Assembly (NCBI GenBank): GCA_035357435.1
Contig: DAOPNM010000001.1
Location: forward strand, 1-32,000
From: an archaeon
Lineage (GTDB): Archaea > Iainarchaeota > Iainarchaeia > Iainarchaeales > CSSED10-239
Length of the DNA stretch: 32,000 bases
Direction: 5' to 3'
Part shown: one piece after another, positions 19,751 through 25,313 of the stretch
Layout of the letters: the number at the start of each line of letters is the position of its first letter
Position numbering within the stretch: the stretch's first letter is position 1
Translations under genes and position numbers: made by a program
Notes under the pieces: generated by a model
What the model saw: the letters and a program-made list of their open reading frames with translations, nothing else
Database searches by the model: none
Told to the model about the DNA's origin: nothing

Positions 19751-19822
19751 GTTTTATCATTCTCCATTTATTAAATATTTATGACATGTAATTTAATTTA
19801 TTTTATTAAATGTTTAATACCT

Positions 19823-20344
19823 TTAATATTCAATACCTTTTCTAGCATGGGTTTCTGGAAAATAATGTTTAATTATTTTCATTTCTGTAACTAAGTCAGC
19901 TTTGTCAATTATTGCTTTTTTTGCATTTCTTCCTGTAAATATTAGTTCTATGTTTTTTTGTTTACATTTATTTATTATTTCATTAATTGTTTTTATTGAA
20001 GCAAGATTATAATAAATAACTATGTTTATTTCATCTAAAATTAATATATCAATTTTTTTGTTTGAATTTAATATTTTTAAAACAAAATCAATACCTTTTT
20101 TTGCTTGCTTTTTGTGTTCTGGCAAAATTTTTTTGTTAATAATAAATTTTTTACAACCAAATTTTTTAAATAAAATATTCTTTTGCATTTTTAGAATTTT
20201 ATCTTCTCCACTTTTTAGTTTGAAAAATTGAATGAATGCGATTTGCTTATCATACCCTGTTGCACGTATTGCCAAACCAATTGCACAGGTAGTTTTCCCT
20301 TTTCCATCTCCTGTATATATCTGAAATTTTGAATTTGGTTTCAT
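19823..20344 (-). CDS. cobO: Cob(I)alamin adenosyltransferase, CobA/CobO/BtuR type
   Basis: 173 aa. P-loop YTGDGKGKTTCAIGLAIRATG, then ILILDE, FTGR and C-terminal DLVTEM..KH.F....ARKGIEY are collinear with enterobacterial CobA/BtuR. Confidence 0.88.
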   Translation of the reverse strand: MKPNSKFQIYTGDGKGKTTCAIGLAIRATGYDKQIAFIQFFKLKSGEDKILKMQKNILFKKFGCKKFIINKKILPEHKKQAKKGIDFVLKILNSNKKIDILILDEINIVIYYNLASIKTINEIINKCKQKNIELIFTGRNAKKAIIDKADLVTEMKIIKHYFPETHARKGIEY

Positions 20345-20360
20345 TTTTTTCTTTTTTTGT

Positions 20361-20396
20361 AAATATAAAATCTATATTAAATATAAAATCTATATA
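20361..20396. repeat. 2 x 18-bp tandem direct repeat (AAATATAAAATCTATATT/A)
   Basis: 17/18 identity between the units. It lies 17-52 nt upstream of the cobO start, in the cobO/xerA divergent spacer, and contains TATA-like sequence on both strands. Confidence 0.8.
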
Positions 20397-20526
20397 GTAG
20401 TATATAATTCTCTTTTTATATACTTTGATTCAATTTTATAATTTTTTAGATTGCTTTTTTTAACATACCAAAATATACATAAGTAAAATATAATATGTTT
20501 AAAAAACATTCGGCATAAATAAACAT

Positions 20527-21372
20527 ATGCAACAAAATAATTCAGAACTTATAAAAAAATTTATTAATGAACTTAATATTGAAGGATATAGCCAAAAAAC
20601 AATTGAAACATATTCAATGTATTTGAGATTGTTTGAAGAATTTATTAAAAAAGATTTAAAAGAAGTAATATCTGACGATATATTAAATTATTTATCATAT
20701 ATAAAAACTGAAAAGAAAGCAAGTTCTGCTACAATTAATTTAATTTTATCTATTTTTAAACATTTTTATAATTCTTTTTTAAAAAGTGATTTAGATATAA
20801 ATATAAAACTTCCAAAAATTCCAAAAAAGATTCCAATAGTTTTAACATCAAAAGAAATTTCTCAACTTTTAGATGCTGTTGATAATGAAAGAGATAGATT
20901 AATTATTGAGTTTATTTATTCTACAGGTGTAAGAGTTTCAGAATGTATTAATATGAAAATAAAGAATATTAATTTTGATGAGTTTACTGGGAATGTAATT
21001 AGCGGGAAAGGAAATAAAGATAGAATTATTATTATATCTAAAAAATGGGCAGAAGATTATAAAAGATATTTAGAAAAAAGAAATAAAAGAATAGATAGTG
21101 AATATTTGTTTACAAATAATATTGGCGGAAAATTATCACCAGATACAATACAAAAATTTCTAAAAGGGTATGCAAAAAAAGCAAATTTAAATAAAAATGT
21201 TACACCACATACCTTACGGCATTCTTTTGCAACAAGCCTTTTGGAACATGAAGTTAATATAAGGTATATACAACAGTTATTAGGGCACGCTAATTTAAAT
21301 ACAACACAAATATATACAAAAGTTAATACTGATCAATTAAAAAAAATAGAAAATCCATTAGATAAATTATAG
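20527..21372 (+). CDS. xerA: Tyrosine recombinase, XerA/XerC/XerD family
   Basis: 281 aa. N-terminal SAM-like core-binding domain (EGYSQKTIETYSMYLRLFEEF). Catalytic residues are present: STGVRVSE (Arg), HTLRHSFAT (HxxR) and LGHANLNTTQIYTKV (His and the Tyr nucleophile). Confidence 0.88.
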   Translation: MQQNNSELIKKFINELNIEGYSQKTIETYSMYLRLFEEFIKKDLKEVISDDILNYLSYIKTEKKASSATINLILSIFKHFYNSFLKSDLDINIKLPKIPKKIPIVLTSKEISQLLDAVDNERDRLIIEFIYSTGVRVSECINMKIKNINFDEFTGNVISGKGNKDRIIIISKKWAEDYKRYLEKRNKRIDSEYLFTNNIGGKLSPDTIQKFLKGYAKKANLNKNVTPHTLRHSFATSLLEHEVNIRYIQQLLGHANLNTTQIYTKVNTDQLKKIENPLDKL

Positions 21373-21373
21373 T

Positions 21374-21398
21374 TAGACCCCGTACTTCTTGTAATATT
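21374..21398. repeat. Left arm of a 25-bp imperfect inverted repeat (TAGACCCCGTACTTCTTGTAATATT)
   Basis: Starts 2 nt after the xerA TAG stop. It matches the reverse complement of 22071-22095 at 21/25 positions. Three of the four mismatches are contiguous (positions 8-10 of the arm). Confidence 0.75.
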
Positions 21399-21550
21399 TT
21401 GTGTTTTTGTTTTACTAAATATGATTTTTATAAATCTTATGAATGATGAATAAGTGAACATAAATTACAATTTTGTTTAATTTACAAAATAAATAGGTTT
21501 ATAAATACTTTGTATAACTTCTAATATATAATTTTATATTTAAAATAATT

Positions 21551-21558
21551 AAGGAGGA
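21551..21558 (+). promoter_or_regulatory. Shine-Dalgarno sequence AAGGAGGA for the PRC-barrel gene
   Basis: The GGAGG core is separated from the ATG at 21566 by 8 nt. This is the clearest SD I noticed while reading gene starts in this window (not checked at every gene). Confidence 0.6.
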
Positions 21559-21565
21559 ATAAAAG

Positions 21566-21922
21566 ATGACAATGAGAATATCTAAGTTGTTTGGTATGGA
21601 TATATATCAGACAGACGCTACATATAGAGGAAAAGTACATGACCTTATATTGAATTTAGAAGAGGGAAAAATTGAAACAATTACAACACAACCATTGAAA
21701 GTTAACTCAAAGGTAGAAGCAAAGAAGATTATAACAAATTATAGTATACCATATAGTAAAGTTATATCTGTTGATGATATTATTTTATTAAACTCAGGCA
21801 ATATCCCAACAAAACAAACAAAACCTAAGCCAGAAGAAGAAGATGTCAGTGAAGAATCTAAAAGAGAAGCAAATATTAGAAAGAAATATATTGGTTATAA
21901 AAGATACGCACCAAGAAAATGA
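21566..21922 (+). CDS. PRC-barrel domain protein with a basic/acidic C-terminal tail
   Basis: 118 aa. The N-terminal pattern ISKLFGMDIYQTDATYRGKVHDLILNLEEGKIETI fits the PRC-barrel signature (L.G..V....G..lG.V.D..i....g.i). The C-terminal half is low-complexity and charged. Confidence 0.5.
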   Translation: MTMRISKLFGMDIYQTDATYRGKVHDLILNLEEGKIETITTQPLKVNSKVEAKKIITNYSIPYSKVISVDDIILLNSGNIPTKQTKPKPEEEDVSEESKREANIRKKYIGYKRYAPRK

Positions 21923-21943
21923 AAGAATAATTCTTTCATTTTT
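21920..21943 (+). terminator. Hairpin plus T5: a 19-nt perfect palindrome TGAAAGAATAATTCTTTCA followed by TTTTT
   Basis: The palindrome overlaps the TGA stop of the PRC-barrel gene and is followed directly by a T5 run, giving the geometry of an intrinsic terminator. Confidence 0.5.
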
Positions 21944-22070
21944 CCTAATTCTTTAATTTAAATTTTTATATCGTTTACTTATTTTATAATTTATTTAATT
22001 AAAAGATATATTTATAAATAAATACATACATAATATAATTATACATAAGCAAATTATAATTATAAATATA

Positions 22071-22095
22071 AATAATACAAGAAGTGTAGGGTCTA
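22071..22095. repeat. Right arm of the 25-bp imperfect inverted repeat (AATAATACAAGAAGTGTAGGGTCTA)
   Basis: Reverse complement matches 21374-21398 at 21/25. Its last base is the A of the ATG of the ORF at 22095. Confidence 0.75.
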
Positions 22096-22712
22096 TGGTT
22101 AATAATAGTAAAAAAATAAAAGCTAATTTTGTAAAGTATAAGTTTAAATTTAATAATGATGTTAATAGAGTGTCTTATTTATATCAAAAGGTGTTTAGAT
22201 CTATTTATGGATATACACAAAATGTTACAAAGAGTGATAAAAAGGTATATATTTACTATAGAAAAGGGGTAGTTAGTGATATACCATATATTAAACAAAA
22301 CAAGAATACAATAATTTTACCAAAAGGTTATGAAAATAAGTTAATAGAATATTTTGAAACGGGTAAAAATCCTGCACATGATTGGAAAATAAAAGGAGAT
22401 TGGGGTATTGAGTATTCTATAGATGAAATAGAGGTTGATAGTAATTCTGTAATTAAAAGTTTAGAAGATCATATTCAAAGTCTTCAAATTATTGATTCTA
22501 AGAACAATTATGCAAAATTAGTTTCTGAAATTAATAATCTTTTAGATAATAATAGTTTAGATAATAATAATCAAGATTATATTAATTATATAAATGATAC
22601 AATACAAGGAATTATTAATAATGAGTGGTTTAAAGAGACCTATACAAATTCTGAAATTTTAAATGGATTTTATAATAATTATCAAAAATTTAAACAGAAA
22701 TATAATTTATAA
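22095..22712 (+). CDS. Hypothetical protein (ORFan, N/D-rich C-terminal half)
   Basis: 205-aa ORF with no family I recognise. The start codon abuts the right inverted-repeat arm. Confidence 0.45.
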   Translation: MVNNSKKIKANFVKYKFKFNNDVNRVSYLYQKVFRSIYGYTQNVTKSDKKVYIYYRKGVVSDIPYIKQNKNTIILPKGYENKLIEYFETGKNPAHDWKIKGDWGIEYSIDEIEVDSNSVIKSLEDHIQSLQIIDSKNNYAKLVSEINNLLDNNSLDNNNQDYINYINDTIQGIINNEWFKETYTNSEILNGFYNNYQKFKQKYNL

Positions 22713-22722
22713 TTTGTGTTTT

Positions 22723-23262
22723 TTATTTTTCTTTTTCATTATTTGTGTTAATTATTATTATGTTTTTTTTCCATGTCCTTTTTTTTCCTGTGTTATTTAT
22801 TTTAATTAAATTTATGTCTGTTAGTGTTTTTAAATAAGGATATAGACTTTTATCATTTAGATATTCTACATTGAATTGTAATTTTATGTTATGCTTTATT
22901 TCATCCATATCTATCCAACGATCTGTAGGTATTGATTTTATTATATGTTCTGCTTGTGTATTTTCTTTTATTTTTAGTATATCCCATATTGTTGTAATGC
23001 CTTGTTGATTTATTTCAAAAGAATCTATTATTTTAGTATTGTCAATCTTTTCATAATTTTGGATTAATTGGTTTTCTTTTTGATTTAATAAATTTTCTTG
23101 TTGAGTGTTGTTTTTGTTTTCTATTGCTTGTGTTGTTTGTGTATAGTAATTTGTTGAATTAATGTGTTGGATTTTTATATTATTGTTATCATTCTGTTCT
23201 TCTTTATTTTTATTTTTAGTAAATATGTTTAATATATTCTTGAAAAATACTTTAATTCCCAT
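22723..23262 (-). CDS. Hypothetical protein with a Q/N-rich N-terminal half and a possible winged-helix C-terminal domain
   Basis: 179-aa ORF. The C-terminal ~70 aa (DRWIDMDEIKHNIKLQF...SLYPYLKTLTDINLIKINNTGKKRTWKK) has the helix-helix-wing spacing of wHTH proteins. That reading is judged by eye only. Convergent with the ORF at 22095. Confidence 0.4.
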   Translation of the reverse strand: MGIKVFFKNILNIFTKNKNKEEQNDNNNIKIQHINSTNYYTQTTQAIENKNNTQQENLLNQKENQLIQNYEKIDNTKIIDSFEINQQGITTIWDILKIKENTQAEHIIKSIPTDRWIDMDEIKHNIKLQFNVEYLNDKSLYPYLKTLTDINLIKINNTGKKRTWKKNIIIINTNNEKEK

Positions 23263-23271
23263 ATTATATAA

Positions 23272-23382
23272 GTAATTACCGTAGTTATTTTAAACCTATC
23301 TGTAATTACTGTTATAACAATTGGCCTTTTTTGGTAATTACTGTAATTAAATTGGGTTTTTGTGTAGAGTATTAGTAATTAC
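23272..23382. promoter_or_regulatory. Array of palindromic GTAATTAC boxes (4 exact plus 1 variant)
   Basis: Exact copies are at 23272, 23302, 23334 and 23375; the variant GTAATTAA is at 23343. Centre-to-centre spacings are 30, 32 and 41 bp. The array begins 10 nt upstream of the ATG of the ORF at 22723-23262. A GTTATAAC palindrome also occurs at 23311. Confidence 0.6.
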
Positions 23383-23633
23383 TTAATGTTTCTGTTTTTA
23401 TTATATGGTATTATGTATATCTTGTTGTAATATTATTATTTTTTCAATATTTTTTTAATTTTTTTGTATCTTTTGGTGTCATATAATAGTACAAAAGAAG
23501 TAATTTTTTTGTTTTATTTTAGGTAAAGTGGTGTTTTTTTGTTTTCTTTTGTATTTAATACCTTTTTTTGCCCCAATTTTTGTAATATCCCTTGTTTTTT
23601 TCATATATTATAGTAAGTATTTATTAGATAATT

Positions 23634-23646
23634 GTGTCCAAGATTT
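23634..23646 (-). repeat. Variant copy of the 3'-end motif (minus strand reads AAATCTTGGACAC)
   Basis: Plus strand reads GTGTCCAAGATTT. It lies 26 nt downstream of the 3' end of tRNA-iMet on the same (minus) strand and matches the consensus at 11/13. Confidence 0.5.
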
Positions 23647-23671
23647 CTTGTTTTTAACCTAAAAATAGTAA

Positions 23672-23746
23672 TAGCGGGGGTTGGATTTGAACCAACGACC
23701 TTCGGGTTATGAGCCCGACGGGCACTCCAGGCTGCCCTACCCCGCT
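23672..23746 (-). tRNA. Initiator tRNA-Met (anticodon CAT)
   Basis: A 75-nt cloverleaf folded by hand: acceptor AGCGGGG/CCCCGCT with A1:U72, D-stem GGGC/GCCC, anticodon stem TCGGG/CCCGA with three consecutive G:C pairs next to the loop CTCATAA, T-arm GTTGG-TTCAAAT-CCAAC, discriminator A. No encoded CCA. Confidence 0.9.
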
Positions 23747-23793
23747 ATATTTTATTTATTTAATGTGTACAACATATTTTAAAGTGTATGTTT

Positions 23794-24360
23794 TTATTCA
23801 CAGATATATCCTTTCTTGTTGTCATTTATTTGTTTAAGTAATGTTTCTAAATTTTTAATGTTTTTACTAGTTTCTTTTTTTTGTTTTTTTAGCTTTGTTA
23901 TTATTTTTTTATCTTCTAGTTCTAATGGTTTGCCACAAGTTGGGCATTTAAAATTATATTGTGCAGCAATTTCAAATGGCATATTTGAGCATTTATTTGG
24001 GCAAATAAAATAATCTCTATTTTGTTTTTCTAGAATTGTGTTTTCTATTTGTTTATATTTTGTAAATTCGTGATCAAGTAGTTTTTCAACTAATTTTTTA
24101 TATTGTATGTTCCACAGAAATTGATACATGTTTTTTTCATCCCTTTCTTTTTTATAACATGCAATTCCATAAAAATGTAGGCTATTTAATGCAGATCTAA
24201 CATCTGTTATTTTTTCATCTAGTTTTTTGGATATTTCTTCTGGTGTTGTTGGTTTAGTATTCATTAGTTTTATAATGTCTACACCAACATTTCCTGCAAT
24301 CTGCTTTATGTATGTGTTTGTAAAGTTATATTTTAATAATTCTTTTTTTAATTTATCCAT
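23794..24360 (-). CDS. tfe: Transcription factor E (TFE-alpha / TFIIE-alpha homologue)
   Basis: 188 aa. An N-terminal extended winged helix (GVDIIKLMNTKPTTPEEISKKLDEKITDVRSALNSLHFYGI) is followed by a zinc ribbon (CPNKCSNMPFEIAAQYNFKCPTCG). Confidence 0.85.
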   Translation of the reverse strand: MDKLKKELLKYNFTNTYIKQIAGNVGVDIIKLMNTKPTTPEEISKKLDEKITDVRSALNSLHFYGIACYKKERDEKNMYQFLWNIQYKKLVEKLLDHEFTKYKQIENTILEKQNRDYFICPNKCSNMPFEIAAQYNFKCPTCGKPLELEDKKIITKLKKQKKETSKNIKNLETLLKQINDNKKGYICE

Positions 24361-24394
24361 AGTTTGTCACAGATATATATTATTAACAAACATC

Positions 24395-24943
24395 TTAAAA
24401 GGGGATTACTTTTTTCCCACATTTACAAGGAATTATTTTTATTTTTGCATTATTAAATTTTTCATTAATTAGACTTTCTGGGTTTAATAAATATAATAAT
24501 ATTGCTAATGAGGCTACTTCACTATGTGGTTGATTTGTTACTGAAATATTATAGTCTGCTAATTCATAATATTCTTTTTGAACTTTTGGTCCACCTATTA
24601 TTATTAAAAAATTTTTCTTTTTTTTAATTTTTTTTAGTTCATCTATTTTATCAATTATTTTTTCTCCATACATTGTAAGATGAATTATTATTGTATTTTT
24701 CTTTTTTTCTTTTTTTATGAATTCAATAGGTTTTGATATATATTTTATATTGTATTTTCCTCCCCAGTTTTTAGAAATATTTTTTATTGTCATTATTAGT
24801 TTTTTATCATTTACACCTGAAAAATAGAATGAATCGGCAAGGAATGCTCTCCCTACTAGTGCACAATGTGTTGTAATTCTTTTATCCCTTTCTGGTCTGT
24901 GGTTTAGTTTTAACACATTTGTTTTATAAATGTTTTTAGACAT
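24395..24943 (-). CDS. trm56: tRNA (cytidine56-2'-O)-methyltransferase (aTrm56, SPOUT family)
   Basis: LKLNHRPERDKRITTHCALVGRAF..., WGG, HLTMYGE, IIIGGPKV..EYYELADYNISVTNQPHSEVASLAILL is collinear with the Pyrococcus Trm56 sequence as I recall it. Confidence 0.85.
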   Translation of the reverse strand: MSKNIYKTNVLKLNHRPERDKRITTHCALVGRAFLADSFYFSGVNDKKLIMTIKNISKNWGGKYNIKYISKPIEFIKKEKKKNTIIIHLTMYGEKIIDKIDELKKIKKKKNFLIIIGGPKVQKEYYELADYNISVTNQPHSEVASLAILLYLLNPESLINEKFNNAKIKIIPCKCGKKVIPF

Positions 24944-25028
24944 ATTTATTTATATAATAATATATATTTTAAATATATACGTACCAAGATTATATCAGCA
25001 ACTGTCTTCTATTGTTATAAATTTAAAA

Positions 25029-25103
25029 GGGCTCGTAGCTCAGTTTGGTTAGAGCACAAGACTCTTAATCTTGGTGTCGTGGGTTCAAATCCCACCGAGC
25101 TCA
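25029..25103 (+). tRNA. tRNA-Lys (anticodon CTT)
   Basis: 75-nt cloverleaf: acceptor GGGCTCG/CGAGCTC, D-arm GCTC...GAGC, anticodon arm CAAGA-CTCTTAA-TCTTG, T-arm GTGGG-TTCAAAT-CCCAC. No encoded CCA. Confidence 0.92.
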
Positions 25104-25118
25104 TGTGTTTTACAATAT

Positions 25119-25192
25119 GGGTCTGTAGCTCAGTTTGGCAGAGCACCGGACTTTTAATCCGGGTGTCGTGGGTTCAAATCCCACCAGGCTCA
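25119..25192 (+). tRNA. tRNA-Lys (anticodon TTT)
   Basis: 74-nt cloverleaf: acceptor GGGTCTG/CAGGCTC, anticodon arm CCGGA-CTTTTAA-TCCGG, T-arm identical to the preceding tRNA-Lys. Confidence 0.92.
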
Positions 25193-25195
25193 TTT

Positions 25196-25269
25196 GGGAC
25201 CATAGCTCAGTCTGGGAGAGCAATAGGCTGAAGACCTATGTGTCGTGGGTCCAAATCCCACTGGTCCCA
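25196..25269 (+). tRNA. tRNA-Phe (anticodon GAA)
   Basis: 74-nt cloverleaf: acceptor GGGACCA/TGGTCCC, anticodon arm ATAGG-CTGAAGA-CCTAT, T-arm GTGGG-TCCAAAT-CCCAC. It starts only 3 nt after tRNA-Lys(TTT). Confidence 0.92.
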
Positions 25270-25313
25270 TTATGCAATTCTGTTTTTAAAGTGTTTTAAA
25301 TATAGTGTGTATT

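Noticed and set aside
19751-19822. A cobalamin riboswitch between cobO and nrdJ.
   Set aside because: The spacer is only 72 nt and lacks a recognisable B12-box. Cobalamin riboswitches are also far longer.
21447-21453. ATGATGA, a C-box-like sequence in the spacer downstream of xerA, considered as a possible C/D box sRNA.
   Set aside because: There is no CTGA D box or C'/D' pair at an appropriate distance downstream, and no terminal stem. A single heptamer in AT-rich DNA is not evidence.
23479-23604. A 41-aa, extremely Lys-rich minus-strand ORF (MKKTRDITKIGAKKGIKYKRKQKNTTLPKIKQKNYFFCTII) in the spacer downstream of tRNA-iMet. I considered it as a small ribosomal-protein-like gene.
   Set aside because: The lysine richness simply mirrors the T-tract-rich plus strand. 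There is no SD or convincing promoter, and no match to any small ribosomal protein I can recall. It could be revisited with ribosome profiling.
23263-23671. Chromosomal replication origin (oriC), suggested by the AT-rich, repeat-containing, curved spacer.
   Set aside because: There is no adjacent orc1/cdc6. No ORB or mini-ORB-like elements with the G-rich dyad known from archaeal origins are present. The repeats are simple 8-bp palindromes, better explained as operators or iterons of a local gene.
20345-23746. A classic tRNA-targeted integrated provirus or plasmid with attL/attR direct repeats.
   Set aside because: I could not find any duplicate of the tRNA-iMet 3' half on the recombinase side or elsewhere in the window. 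The idea is retained only as a low-interest possibility in the findings.
24981-24993. GTACCAAGATTAT (reverse complement ATAATCTTGGTAC) in the trm56/tRNA-Lys divergent spacer, and GGATTGGATCAC at 15451-15462 next to the pyrG stop. Both were considered as further degenerate motif copies.
   Set aside because: Only the CTTGG/TTGGA core matches. Orientation relative to the nearest gene 3' end is wrong in both cases. They are too weak to count.
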